A stretch of 64,000 nt of DNA, from assembly GCF_009914755.1 (NCBI RefSeq), contig NC_060936.1; one strand, given 5' to 3'. The DNA is from the human T2T-CHM13v2.0 reference genome, Homo sapiens. A model generated the notes under the pieces. The model worked only from the letters and a program-made list of their open reading frames with translations, had not been told where the DNA came from and did not search any database. Below are positions 1 to 14,359 of this stretch, in pieces. How positions within the stretch are numbered: position 1 is the first letter of the stretch; each line of letters begins with the position of its first letter. Both the position numbers and the translations under genes were made by a program.

Positions 1-134
1 TAGATGGTTGAGTGAATCTCTCTGAGCAGATTAGATCATGGATGAAGAAGTGAAATATCTAACTATACAAATACAATGGGGACAAACAGATATGCACGCC
101 CCCACAGAGGGGACTGTGAAGGTTTGTGAGTGAA

Positions 135-2550
135 TATGATGGCAGGATAGGAGTTCTCTGGCTCTACCCACACACACACACATCCACAGAAATCCAGCTA
201 GTAACTATCCATAGAAAACAAAACCTTCATGAATATCTCAGAACTCTGGAGTGAGGCTAAGACACCCTTTGGGACTGCAGAACTGAGGAACACCTCATTT
301 GAAGGGTAAGAGTGATGGTTTCTATTTGACCTCATCAACCCTCCCCCAAGCAGGCATTGCACCACACACAGGATTCCCCTGGGCCCATGGTGGACATTCA
401 ACTTTCCTACCATTTTGGACCCCCTGCAGGAGGCTCATCCCTGTTTCATCCCATGGGAAACATTGGGTGTACCAGCAGAGCTACATTACCAGTTAAAAAA
501 CAAAATAATAGTGGGGCCTATAGTGACAAGAACCCAGATCTTGGCAATGGCTCTGTATTCCAGCCAACAGTGGAGCCACATAAAAGAGACTACCCAACAG
601 CATAGCTCTGCAGGAAGCACTGCCTTCAGCTCCGCAAGCTCAAGTCCCTAGCCAGCTTCCCCACCCAAACTTGATACTCTCCTTAAGCCTTCTCCAGGCT
701 GGGTGGCAAGTGCAGGTCAGTATTTACCCATGGAGGGAGCATCTGGCCCTGCACAACCCAGAGGCTGAGCTGTGATCCAACCAAGCCCCAGCTCTCCTTA
801 ATCCCTCTTCAGGCTGAGAAGCAAGTGCAAGTCAGCATTTACCCACATATGGAACATCTGACCCCACACAACCCCAGCAGCTGAGCAGTGACTCCACCAA
901 GCCTCAATGCTCTGCCTGAGGCTATGTTAGGCTGGGAGGCAAACCCAAGCCTACACATATCTGTGGACATAGCCTCTGGCCCTGGCCACCCCATGTGGCC
1001 AAGCAACAACCGCAGAAATCTCACCCAGCCTCAGAGCCCAGCACGCGGCCCTGACCAACTACAGATTACAAACAACAGTACCACCCAGCCAAAGAAGGCA
1101 ACCTGCAATCCTGCCCAGTTAGAGATGACCACAGAGCCCAGCCAGCAGCTCCGCCTGACTACAGAGTCCAGACAGTGGTCTCAACAGACCGCAGAGGACA
1201 GCCAGCAGTGCCATATAACCTTAGAGCACAAGAAATGGCACAGCTCAACTATAGAACCTGACACCAAAGTCTGTCTATATGGGATCACTACCAGCTGGCC
1301 ATCTAGAATCCAAGGCTAGATTAAATAGTAAAGGTCTATCACCACCAAAGAACACCTGAAAATGACAGAAGAAGTGGTTATATCCTCAGATGAACAGGCA
1401 CCAATGCAAGAACACAACGATTATGGAAAATCAGGGAAATATGACAACATCAAAAGAAATTAATAAAGCTCCAATAATGGACGCTGAAGAAATGGAGATG
1501 TATGCAATCACTGACAAAAAATTCAGAATATTCCTTTTAAAGAAGTTCAGGAAAATTCAAGATAATATAAATAGAAAATTAAATAAAACTTCAAAAACAA
1601 TTAATGAATACAATGAGAAGTTTGACAAAGAAATAGAAACAAATAGAAATTCTAGAGATAAGTAAAAGAATAACTGAACTAAAAAAATTAATAGAAAGTG
1701 TCAACAACAGATTTGATCAAACAGAAGAAAGAATCAGTGAGTTTAAATGTAGGACATTTGAAATTGTTATATCAGAGGAGCAAAAAGAAAAAGAATAAAG
1801 AAGTCCTACAGGAATTATTGGACACCATCAAAGGAACCAACTTTCACATAACAGAATTTTTGAAAGAAGAGAGAGAGAGGAAAAGGCCCAGAAAGCATTT
1901 GCAGTGACCTGGATGAGATTGGAGACTATTATTCTAAGTGAAGTAACTCAGTAATGGAAAACCAAACATCGTATGTTCTCACTGGTATGTGGGAGGGAAG
2001 CTATGAGGATGCAAAGGCATAAGAATGATACAATGGACTTTGGGGACTTGGGGGGAAGAGTGGGAGGGGGCGAGGGATAAAAGACTACAAATATGGTGCA
2101 GTGTATACTTCTCAAGTGATGGGTGCACCAAAATCTCACAAATCGCCACTAAAGAACTTACTCATGTAACCAAATACCACCTGTACCTCAATAACTAATG
2201 GAAAAATAAAATAAAATAATAAAAATTTTAACAAAGGAAAGAAAATAATGGCTGACAGTTCCCCAAATCTGAGGGAAATGACAATATCCAGGTACAGGAA
2301 GCTCAGGGATCCCCAATCAAATTCAACCCAAAGAGGAGTTCACCAAAAAACAAGATAACCAAATTATCAAAAATCAAAGATAAAGAAAGAATACTGAAAG
2401 CAGCAAGAGATAAGAACATATCACATTTAAGGGAGCCCCAGTACAGCTATCAGTGGATCTCTCAGCAGAAACCTTGCAGACCAGGAGAGAGTGGAATGAT
2501 ATATTCAAAGCACAGAAGGGAAAAAAAAAGGCCAACCAAAGATACTTTGC
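135..2550 (+). mobile_element. Old L1 (L1M/L1MA-type) 5'UTR and degenerate ORF1, interrupted by an L1PB fragment
   Basis: ORF1-like peptides at 1390-1907 (NQGNMTTSKE...DKKFRIFLLKKF...EKFDKEIE; DTIKGTNFHI); ORF1-like sequence resumes near 2240 (GAAAATAATGGCTGA...CCCAAATCTG). Confidence 0.8.
1894..2235 (+). mobile_element. 5'-truncated L1PB 3' end
   Basis: GGATGCAAAGGCATAAGAATGATACAATGGACTTTGGGGAC...AAAGAACTTACTCATGTAACCAAATACCACC followed by an A-rich tail. Confidence 0.85.
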
Positions 2551-2579
2551 TTTCTCATAAAATTTAGGTCTCTTATAAG

Positions 2580-2740
2580 CATGTGAAGTAGATACTGATT
2601 TTATTCCTATTTTATGGAGGAAGAAACCAAGGCCTAGGGAGGTTGAGCTACTTGTCCAAGTTCACACAGCTTGTAAATAGCAGAGCTGGGTTTTGAACTC
2701 AGTTCAACTAGCTTCCCAAGTTCTTAACCACCATGACTGC
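2580..2740 (-). mobile_element. MIR SINE
   Basis: Reverse MIR core: GAGGAAGAAACCAAGGC...TTGTCCAAGTTCACACAGC...GAGCTGGGTTTTGAACTCAG. Confidence 0.7.
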
Positions 2741-5700
2741 ATTATCTATTTTTATAGTATCCCAAAACTACTGGTTAATACATTATTACTGATATAATAA
2801 TTATAAACACAGTGACCATATCATGGGTGATGAGTTTGCTAGGCATTTTTCTAAGAATGTATTTCTTATTTAATCTTACTTATTTAATTCTTATTCCTAT
2901 TCTTATTCCTTATTTAATCTAATCTACTTGCAAAATGTATTCCTTTCTGCAAGTGCTGTGGAGTGAGTACTCTTAGCCACATTTTGCAGACAAGAAAACT
3001 AGGCTAATGCAAAGTAAGTGGTAGAGCTGGGATTTGAACCCAAGCCTACTAATTCCAATGGTTGGATATCTCCAACTCCCTCCTGGTATTCATGTCGTTA
3101 GCCATTAGACTGTCTGCGATTCCTGTTTTGACTTTGCCTTTGCCTTTGCAGGTGGAATAAATACCTCTTCTACTCTCCATGTTCTGCACTACATATTTCT
3201 TGGGACCTACGGTAAGGAAGATTATTGGGAAAATACAAAGAATTAATGTTGATGCTGTCAACCTCTACCTTCTAGTATATCTATCCAGGATAGCCCTGGC
3301 TTTCTGCCCTTTTCTACAAAATCATCAGATAACACTCCCATAAGGACCTTCAAATTAACAGACACTGTAAGAATGCTGCTCTGCTAGAATACCCTTGGTT
3401 AGAAAAAACTGTGAACTGGAGTGTAATCCCATTAATGAGAAGAATGGCTTCATCAAGTGGAATCTGTTTGAAATCATCCCTGTAAACAACCCCTAAGCAA
3501 CAGAAGGAGAAGGAAACATATGCAGAGAAAGAAGTCCAGATGCTAAGGAGAATGCCTTTTGGCATGTAGGTTTAGAACCTCCAAATTATATCACAAAATC
3601 TGAAAACAACCACACACACAGTCGGAAAATGAATAATTCAGAGAGATGACTCTAGGTATTTTCCAGAAATAAGTGTGTTACACTGTTCCCATTAGAATCA
3701 ACATTGTCAGTGTGAGGCTTACACACTAACTGAGCTGGTAAATGCTCCTGCATATAATTTAAGCAATCAAGGAATGATAGTAATAGCCCCTAACATCTGC
3801 ATAAATGTATGGTGTGCAATACTTTTTTGCATATATTATGTTACTTTATCTTTACCACAATCCATTGAGATCTACAGGACTTCCATTTAGATATAGTAAA
3901 ACTAAGGTTCAGATTTTAGGTTTCTTGAATTCAGTCCATTGTTTTTTTTCTATTGCTCTTAACTGCAAATAATAATGATAGTAACAATAACAACAATAAT
4001 AAAGGATGCTAAGGAAATGGCATGGGAAAGCAGATATACTCCCTCCACAATTCTGCCTGGGTTGTGCCTGGTGTATTGGCTTATTGTACTTAATAAGAGA
4101 TGATGAAAAATGAGTTAAATGGTTGTGATTCCTCCCTTCTGTATGATTACAGTTAAATAAGGCAATAGTGCTGCCCATCTAAGGAACAAACACTTATTTA
4201 TTCATCAATACAAGGATATAGGGCTTTGCTGGCACATAAGAAACTTTTGTGCAAATTACAAAAAGATGCCTTGCCCACTAAACTGACACAATGCCAGGCA
4301 AAGACACAACTACTAAGAAACACAGCACTGGTCAGATATTAGCTCCCACTTGCCCTGTAGGCCAGGAACACTGTCCAGTGCACAAATTGCACAGTCAGAG
4401 GCAGAGACTAACCCTCTAGAGGAGTAGACATATATGAATATTATTACAGCAGTCTAATAAATATCATTAAAAGAGATTTGAGAAAGGCACCACAAGACAT
4501 AGTGAAGGGAGTGGAGGTCCGTTTAAATTTTTACTTTCCATACTACCATTGAGGTTTGAGAAAGCCCAACTCATGCCACCCTTTTTCCCTGCTTCTGAAT
4601 CAATTGAGAGAGAAAATTTTAAAAGGAGCTAACATTAGAGAAAGGTCTATGGCCAAGTAAACTTCTTCATAAGAAATCCCAGAATCAGACCAACTTACCC
4701 ACTTGGTTAGTTGCAAACAGTGTTGGGTTGTCACTGGCTCCACACTGGGAACTAGCTGTGTAAAATTCAATTTTTGGAGAAGCTAAGCAGAATGTGTGTT
4801 TCCTGCAAAGTGGATTATATAACAGAGAAAAGGGGAAGAAGGGTTTGTGACACTGATTCCCAGTTCCTTTTCCCAAGTTTACTAGTGAAAAATTTACTTC
4901 TTTTCACCTGGAAGGAATGAGGGAAGAGGTAGAGAATGTCCAGTAGCCTTACAGTGGCAGAGCTCCTCCCACATGAAAGAAACACTGGGTCGGGGGAAGA
5001 AGCCCACCCTATCCTCAGCCCCCACTTAATTATGATGATGTTATTCATTTCTACCCCCAGCACTCAACCATGAGTGGGAAATAGGTGTGTTTCTCTCTCC
5101 ATTTCATCTCCAGCACCTATCACAGAACTTGGCACATAGTAGGCACTCAATAGATACTTGTTGAAAAATAATGATTACACACTGACTAGTAAGATCAGAA
5201 AGGCTTCCAGAAGGGAAATGGCACTTGAGTTAAGCCTTGAAGAATCAGTAGCCAAGAAAAAGTGATTGAGGGGAATTGCGCCATAGTTCAACGGAGATAG
5301 CAGGGTCTGTGACAAGGAAAAGACAGGAGATTGTAAAATATCCAGTATGTCAATCAAATGGGTTATTGGAATGCAAAGGGAATTAAGTAAGGATGACTCA
5401 TGGAATAGTGGAGTAAGGTAAGAGTTACTACAACAGCAATTGCAACTTCCCATATATGCCTCCTCCAAACCTCCGATTTAAATCCCATTTAAATGGAGAT
5501 GCATCAGAGGAGAAAAACATCTTCAACAGAGCAAACAAAAGAAAAGCAAAGATTAAATTAGAAGAAGTTCTGCTGACTTCTTTGTGGGAGGGGGTCCACT
5601 GGAAAGCACATTCTGGAGTCTTGTCTCTCATGCTCCACCTTGAACCAGAGCACCAGAACCCTCAAAGCCAACTCACTGACTCATTCACACTGTCTCTCCA

Positions 5701-6394
5701 AACTACACAGAAACTGCCTTTTGAGATAGCTAGATCCCTGATCCTCTCTTCACCCCATCAGCTCCTCCATCTGCAGATCATTCTAGAAATATTATTCCCA
5801 GCATTAACATGGCACTATCTCTAGATACTTGGGTGTGTTGCAAAGAAAACAGTTCTGAAAGGAGTGCAAGCAGGAAGAAGGGTGAAGGAGGTGGGAGGAA
5901 TTTCTCAGGGCCTTTGGTTTTCAAAGATTACATTAAAAATGCCCTAATTCAGAGAACACATCAGTAGGAGCAGAAGACCACGTTGCTCAGGCATACCTAC
6001 ACTTGAAGGGCACACCTGAGCTTTGGGCTTACATCCCAGAGGAGGGGCCTCCTGTTATCCTGGTGGACACTAAGTGGCACTAAAGATGCTAATTTCTCCA
6101 GCCCTCTCTACTGGCAAACTTGAGGCTAGGATAGACCTAAAGCTCTTCACGGAAGGGTCAGCAAACAGAAAGAAAAACTATACATTTATGAAAAGATTCT
6201 GCAGCTTAAAGGACAGAGCAATCTTTTGAAGACTAAAAGTAAAACAGCACTGATAATAATTCTCTACAAGGCACACAAAGTGTTTAAAAGACATGTATCT
6301 GCTTGGCATCCTTATCATCACAAGAGAACAGAAGAAGCAGATGAACTGAGATGAAGACAAAGGTGCAAAGAAAAAGAAAACTGTTGCTTCTTCA

Positions 6395-6975
6395 GGCATG
6401 GATTCAGCACCTACTATGTGCCAGGCACTGTCCTAGGTACTTGGAATATGAGAGTGAAACAAAGCACATACAGAGCTCTGCCCCATGGAGCTTAGCAGGG
6501 AGAAATAGACAACAAACAAGCAAGATGAATAAGGAAGTTATTTAGCAAATTAAAAGGTCATCTGTGCTGTGAAAAGAAAAGGAGTGGGGGGTCACAGAAA
6601 TAGAGCAGGTAGGGGATGAGAAGTGCTGGGTTGTGAAGTTGCAGTTTGTAACTTGCATTAGGGTATTTAGGGCAGGCTGGACTGAGATGGTGGCATTTGA
6701 GGAAAGATTTGAAGGTGAGGAAGCAAGCTTGTGGGTATCTGGGGAAATGGTGTGTCAGGCAGAGGGAACAGCCCATGCAAAGCCCCAGGGGTGGAGGGTG
6801 TGTCCAGGGTGGTTGGAGTGAGCAAGGGAGGAGATGGCGACACAGGGTGAGGAGAGGCCATACCACGAGGCCTTAGAGGCCCTTGTAAGGCTTTTGACTT
6901 TTTCTCAGCAGGAAACAGGAGCTCCTAGGGATTTAGGAGACGTGTGGCATGATCTGATTGACTCTTCTTAAAAAA
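6395..6975 (-). mobile_element. L2 LINE 3' segment
   Basis: CAGCACCTACTATGTGCCAGGCACTGTCCTAGG...TTTGAGGAAAGATTTGAAGG...GGCATGATCTGATT, typical antisense L2. Confidence 0.75.
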
Positions 6976-6999
6976 TTACTTGCATGTAAAAAAGTACTT

Positions 7000-7150
7000 G
7001 CATGCATCTCATTTAATTTACACAGCAAACATATGAGGCATGTGACATTATCTCCATTTTACAGATAAGGAAACTGAGGCCCAGAGCAGGTAATAAATTT
7101 ACCTAAAATTACCGATTTTGTCATTGTTAAAGGTAAGATTTGAACCCAGG
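7000..7150 (-). mobile_element. MIR SINE
   Basis: CCATTTTACAGATAAGGAAACTGAGGCCCAGAG core. Confidence 0.75.
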
Positions 7151-7151
7151 A

Positions 7152-7790
<639 letters not shown>

Positions 7791-8279
7791 ATAAAAAGAA
7801 TAATACAAACCTTTAGAAGTTATATTTTAAATCAGAATAATTTTCTTTTAAAATATTATAAATATTATAAAATATTAATTCTCAAAATGAGCAGGGGCTG
7901 TAGGGCTCACCAATTCAGGTTTCCAGAAGGAAATCTCAAAATACATTTTGAGCTCAGAATGAAATTTCAATGTAACTGATAATTCTTTGAGTGTTCTGAG
8001 CTTATTTCCTGAACACTGGCTTTTAAAAATGAAAGGTAGATCTGAGCTAGACACAAATCAGAGGCCATTATTCAAAGATGAAGAATAAAATGAACTCATG
8101 TATTGACAGCTCTGAGTAGAGCTGAAAATTCTGTAAATTAACTGAAAATTACTTCATGGTAATATGGTACTTTCACTTAATATTAAAAGGATCAGTTCCC
8201 TGATTCATAAATTTTACTGCTGTGATTTTTGGTAGAACAAATATTAGTTTTATGACATATTCCTAGTATGGGTATACAC

Positions 8280-9560
8280 TGACTCTAAACGGGTCACTCT
8301 GGGTACTGTATTGTGGCTAGATGATGGGGGTCAAAGATGGAAGCAGGATAAAGTTTACGAGACTAGGCAGTAACCTCTTTGAATGAAGACAGCAGCTCAA
8401 GCCAAGATGGAAATAGCAGAGTGGGGAAAATGGACATATTCCCGATATATTTGAAAATAGAGTCAATAGGATTTCCAGATGGATTGCTTATGGTGTATGA
8501 GAGAAGAATCAAGGATGTATCCAAATTTTCGGCCTTGGCTGGGCACAGTAGCTCACACCTATAAATCCCAGCACTTTGAGACACCAAGGAGGGAAGATTG
8601 CTTTGAGGCCAGGAGGTTGCAATCAGCCTGGGCAACACAGCAAGACCCTGTCTCTACAAAAACAGTTAAAGAGTTAGCTGGTCACAGTTGCACATGCCTG
8701 TAGCCCTTGCTACTCAGGAGGCTGAGGCAGGAGGGTCACTTAAGCCCAGGAGTTTGAGGCTGCAGTGAGGAGTTTGAGGTATGTCACTGCACTCCAGCCT
8801 GGCCGACAGAGTGAGATCTTGACTTAAAAAATAAAGTTTTTGGCCTAACTAACCAGAAGGATGGAATTTATATCAATTGACTAAGCTGGGGAAAACCTTG
8901 AGGGGAACAGGCTCAGGATGAAAATTAGAAGTTCATTTTTTGACATGTTAAGTTTGAAAAATCCATTAGACATACAAGTGGAGATGTTGAGTATGCAGTT
9001 AGATGTGTGAGTCTGGAGTTCAGATGAGAGATCTGGGATGGAAACGTGAATTTCAGAGTTTTCAGCATATGAATGAAATTTAAATCCATCCATGAGGCTG
9101 GGTGGGATTATCAAGGGAATGGGGGTAATAGAGAAGAAGACCAAGTCCAATTATTAAGGCTGTCCCACAACAACAGAGGAAAAATCAGCAAAGGAAACAG
9201 AGGAGTGGCCAGAGAGATAAGAGTAAAACCAAGAGGGTGTGGTACCCTGAAAGCCAAGGGTAGTAAATCAAGGAGAAAGTTATTAGCTTTGTATATGCAA
9301 CTGATAGGGCAAGTAAGATAAGGACTGAGAATTTACCATGGGATAAGGTCTCAGGTTAGGCTTGGGGACCACAGTAGCAGAAGCCCAATTGGAGTGGGCT
9401 TATGAGAGAGTGGAAGAAAAGGAGAGAATTTTGTTTCAAAGGGAAGCAAAGAATAGAATGGCTTTGGGGAAGCAGAGTCTCAAGAAGTTTGTTAGTTTTC
9501 ACGATGGTAAGGATAACAACATATGTGTATGTTTGTGGGTTTAATCTAGTAATAAGCAAA
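8280..9560 (-). mobile_element. L2 LINE continuation, split by an AluJ
   Basis: GGGTCACTCTGGGTACTG...TTTTGACATGTTAAGTTTGA...GTGGAGATGTTGAGTATGCAGTTAGAT; antisense translation (YAENSEIHVSIPDLS...CMSNGFFKLNMSKNELLIF) resembles the L2 RT C-terminus. Confidence 0.8.
8537..8834 (+). mobile_element. AluJ
   Basis: Diverged dimeric Alu with J-type GGAAGATTGCTTTGAGGCCAGGAG. Confidence 0.9.
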
Positions 9561-9570
9561 GATTGCTAAT

Positions 9571-9920
9571 TGATACGGTTTGGTTGTGTCCCCACCCAAA
9601 TCTCATCTTGAATTGTAACTCTCACAATTTTCAGGTGTCACGGGAAGAACCCAGTGGGAGGTGATTGAATTATGGGGGCAGGTCTTTCCTCTGCTGTTCT
9701 CATGATAGTGAATGAGTCTCATAAGTTCTAATGGTTTTAAAAATGGGAGTTTCCCTGCACAAGCTCTCTCTTTGCCTGCTGCCATCCATGTAAAATGTGA
9801 CTTGCTTTTTCTTGCCTTCCATCATGATTGTGAGGCCTCCTGAGCCATGTGGAACTGTAAGTCCATTCAACCTCTTTTTCTTCCCAGTCTTTGTCAGCAG
9901 CATGAAAATGGACTAATACA
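9571..9920 (+). mobile_element. THE1 (B/C-like) solo LTR
   Basis: TGATACGGTTTGGTTGTGTCCCCACCCAAATCTCATCTTGAATTG...GGACTAATACA; flanks CTAAT/GTAAT. Confidence 0.9.
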
Positions 9921-11369
9921 GTAATATGGGAGAAAGAGGGAGAATTTCTGCAGATTTTCTTGAGTGATTGGATTTAGAACAGTACATTTACAGTAAAAAG
10001 AGAGCAGGCAAAGAGAGTGGGTGTGGGTGCTGCTACAACATGGATGGGAGAGTAGAACTGTCATGGAATAAAAGATTGGGTGTGAACATGGAAACTGGTT
10101 AAATATGTTAAGGTACTTATGAATAACCATTACACACATTTTAATTCAAAGCCCCAAACTACACTGAAAAGTAAAATTTACATGGTTTTACAAAAAAAAA
10201 AATATAATGATGATGATGATTGATGATGATAAGATGAAAGGTAAACTAAATCTTCACATACTGGGAGATTAAAAATTATCATTTGGCCCTCAATTCTGAT
10301 AATTAGAGAAATATAGGTTTCAATACATCTTTTATAATCTCAAAGACAACTAGATGAAGACAACTAGACCACAGTAGAATATAAAACAGAATTCTTAGCT
10401 TTCAAGTTACTGCTGAAGATAAGTAGTAAACAAAATCATCTATATAACCTGGAAAAAATGAGGGAGAAAGAAATAGGAATACATAAAAAATCAGAAAGCA
10501 TAAAATAAAATCACATGTGTGATACCAAAAACATAAGTTGTATAAATAAAATGTGTTAATCCTATTAAAAGTCATAGACTTTGAGTGTATAAGAAAGGAA
10601 AACAATGTTTAATTACATACTGATTATAAGAGATTCACCTAGAAGAAAATAGCCTAAAATGGTTAAATATAAAAAGACGGATGAACATCTGACCAACTGA
10701 TTTGCAATGTCTCAGCAAAAGCAGGCGGGAGAATGGATTCATGATCTCAGTTTGACACCACAGCTTCTAACTCCAGGGAAAATCATAAGCAGAGCCAGTA
10801 AAAATCAAACTATCATGGTCATTATTCCATCTCCATCTCTCTCCTGGCTTTTTTCTTTGATTCCTACTGCTAGGGTGCCTCTTACATACTCCTAGGACCC
10901 TGACCTACCTGTGGGCATGTTAGGTTTACAATTGAAGCTGGAACACTCTTTGACTTAGAAGTTGTCACAGCCTTTTTGTGTATAAGCATTTTTTTTTTTT
11001 TTTTTTTTGCCACATCGTATCATTGAAGTATGTAGGGGTTATCCAGCCTTGCTTTTTTCCCACAAATTCCTCATGTTTTACTTGGTGAAAGCTGATTTGA
11101 CCTCTAGTTACCAACCTGCTAGATAACATTCTTCAACCCAGAGCCCCTGTGTCCTCAGACATACAGACAGACAGGAACAAAGAGAAAGCCGTGGTATCAA
11201 AGCCATTACAAATAATGCAGAAAGCAAAGCAAAAGTGTGCTGTATATTGGACAAAGAGGGTCATTTTTAATTGATGTAAGGTCATCTCCACTGGAATGAA
11301 GTCAGTAATTTTTACGGACCTAGTGACAGGGCACCACATTAATAAAAACTGCTACTGCATCCTCTCAGT

Positions 11370-12050
11370 CGCCCTCATTTCTATTTGTATTGTGACAGCC
11401 TCCCAGCTAGTCTCGTGGCCTCCCATCTTGTCCATTCTCCAATCCACTCTTGCCACTGAAGCCAGAAGAAGATTTTTAAGTGCAATCTGACCCTGATAAG
11501 AACCTTAACTGGTTCCTATCCCCTTGGTATAAAAGGCCAAGCACCTGGCCATGGAAAAGCCCTGTGACTTCCCCCAGCCTCATAGCCCACAAGCTCTTGC
11601 ATCTAACCTTCCCTCTGAACTACAGGCAGTTACCTAAACCTAGTACCCTGGTTTTTGTTTCCCTACCTTTGTACATTGTGCTTTTTCTATCTGCAATGGA
11701 CTTCCCCAGCCCATTCTCCCAGCCTTCGTTTGCCTGGAAAATTCTTTCTCATCCTTCACAACCCATAAGGGATATCTTCCCTTCTAAAGATATTATCTAA
11801 TGCACCTTCAGGCTGAGTTAGGGGCCCTCTTCCCTTTGCATCCCCCATCAGAGCACCCAGCATCTGTCTTTTAGCTGCTTGTTCACTTGTGTGTAACATC
11901 CACTAAGCTGTGGGTGTCGGGCTATGATAGCAGAGGTTACATCTTATGCTGTTCCCCTGGGAACACTCAGCATCTATTAATAGCACTGGTGCTTGGCACA
12001 TGCTAGGCCTTCATAAATGTCTTTGAATGAATGAATGAATGAATGAATGA
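11370..12050 (+). mobile_element. L2 3' end with (GAAT)n tail
   Basis: GTGCTTGGCACATGCTAGGCCTTCATAAATGTCTTTGAATGAATGAATG terminus. Confidence 0.65.
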
Positions 12051-13917
12051 CTTAGAAGAGGCAAGGACAGGGAACTGGCAAAAAGGTCTTCAACAGAGAG
12101 GAAAGAAATGAGTAAGACCCCACTAGGTAGTAGGGCAGAGTCAGATGCTGAAGCCTTCAGTCCTCAGCCCTCATCCCTCATGTTCTCTGAGGTTTTTTTT
12201 TGTTTTGTTTTGTTTTTTTTGGAGAGTCAGGGGATGGGTCCAGACTTCTGGAAATCTTCCAGAAGGGGACAGACCCTCAAAGGGATGGAGCCAAGCTAGA
12301 AAACTCTAACCAATGAATCAAGAATGTGAAATCAGGATGCCCTGAACATCCAGGAAGTCTGGTCACTTGTCTCTATAACCTACCTGAGACAGGCCAAAGC
12401 CACTCCCAGAATGAGGCCCCCAGAGTTAAAAGCACTCCACTGGAGAAGCAGAGGTTAAACAGCTAAGCAGCCTTTTTCACTTCTGTTTTCCCTTTCAGGA
12501 GACATGAGTCTTCTGTGAGGTTTGCAGATTTGAAGGATAGCAGAAATCCTCAAGTATTCATTGGGTCACTAAGGACAGGTTCTGTCACTTTGTGGCCACC
12601 ATCACTGCCATCCAGGATCATAATTATGGGGTATCCACTGAAGGCTAGCTGCAGGAAAGCTTCTGCTCCTTCTTAAGGCTCTATAGAAGAAACCCACATA
12701 CCTAATCTCTGCATTCCCTGGCGAGCTCTGTTCCACCCACCTTCCTTCCTTCCTTTCTATCCCATCCCTACCTCCCTACACGTGTGTGTGTGCGCGCACA
12801 CACACACAAGTGCACACACAAAAAACACACACAGCCCCAGTCCTTCCCAGCTCATAAACAGTTGTGTTCTCATGATCAGACTGATATGAGGTCTATCTAT
12901 TTTGAGTTGAGAAGAAAATGTTTATAATTCACAGTCAATGAATGGTTTCCTAGCAACTTCTTATATAACTATAGTGAGATGATCTTGATCTTCTGTCTCT
13001 TACTCTGAATCTCTCCCTTTCTCTTTCATATTCTCTCCCTACCACTAAGGATTTTTCTTTTTTCTGTTTTAAGTAACAGAACATTTTGAGAGTTTGATAA
13101 ACACCGGGACTCTCTCTCTGGGAAAATACATGTAAACACATACATGTTCACTCACAATTCTGTGTATATAATTAAAGGACTTCACACAGTCCCTGAAACC
13201 TGCCCATGAAATCCGGCCCATAACCCTGTCCTACAGGGTTTGATATCTCTCCCATCCAGGAAAGGAAAAAAAAAACTGGTTATTCCTGCAAAAATTTGAT
13301 GAACTCAGCTCACTTTAAACGACCTCCTCCATCCCTCTCTGATATCACACATTCTAATCTCAAAGTATCGCTGGTCCTGACCAACAGGATCTGATTTGGC
13401 TACCTCTCCCTGTGTCCCCCTAAAACGAGGGAAATGTGAACACACTTTTATGACAGCCTGAAAAAAATGCCATCAAGAGGTTAAGGCACCTCCAAAGACT
13501 TCCAAAGCTTTGGGGGTCTCCTCACCAGGCTTCCCTTGGTGAGCCAAGCCGCCACTAGGCACTGACTGTCTGTGAATGCCTAGGATCTATGCATTGGGCA
13601 CTTACAGATGAGAGCTGCCCTCCTCTCCTTCACCCCTTCCCACAGCCCAAGGTTGATGTCAGCGCTTCATGAGGTCCAGGGGACTCATAAATGTCAGCTG
13701 TTCTAGGGACAGCCTTATGTTCCTGATCATTTAATATCATTCAGTTGAAGCATCTCCTTAACCAAGTCATTTGTAAAATAAGAAACAAATGGAATAAAGA
13801 AAAATATTAAAATTATTAGTGTTTATTATGTGCCAAGCACAGGGTTAGATGCTTGCCCTACCTATCCTTCTGTATTTTTCACAAACAACCTTCTAAGGTA
13901 TAATTTTAAGATGTTAA

Positions 13918-14172
13918 TATGGTGTGGTGACTAACCAGGCAGGCTTCAGAGACAGAGCAACTGGGTTGGAATCTCATCTCTACCATGTATCAGCTGTGTG
14001 ACTTTGGGCAAGCTACTTAACCTCTCTGTACCTCATTTTCTTCATCTGTAAAAGGAGGATAACATTTTTAAAATACCTCTGTCATAGAGTTGTCATTAGG
14101 ATGAAATAAGCCACTACCTATAAGGCATTTGAAGAAACCTGTGACAATAGTAAATGTTCAATACATGTAAGC
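13918..14172 (+). mobile_element. MIR SINE, near full length
   Basis: AGCTGTGTGACTTTGGGCAAGCTACTTAACCTCTCTGTACCTCATTTTCTTCATCTGTAAAA. Confidence 0.85.
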
Positions 14173-14359
14173 CACTCTTTCCATTTTACAGATGGAAAGT
14201 AAACCTCAGAGGGGTGAAGCGACTCTCTCAAGCTCACGCTCCCAAACTGTATATCCAGCAAGTGATCCTAAGGCCTGGGATTATGACCACTCTGTGATGC
14301 TTCCAAATATTCCTAAATGCCAAACTGTTTGAAATGATCACCTTTTAAAAATCAGTATT

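Noticed and set aside
888-1907. ORFs of 143, 91 and 69 aa
   Set aside because: Fragments of a decayed L1 5'UTR and ORF1, not host genes.
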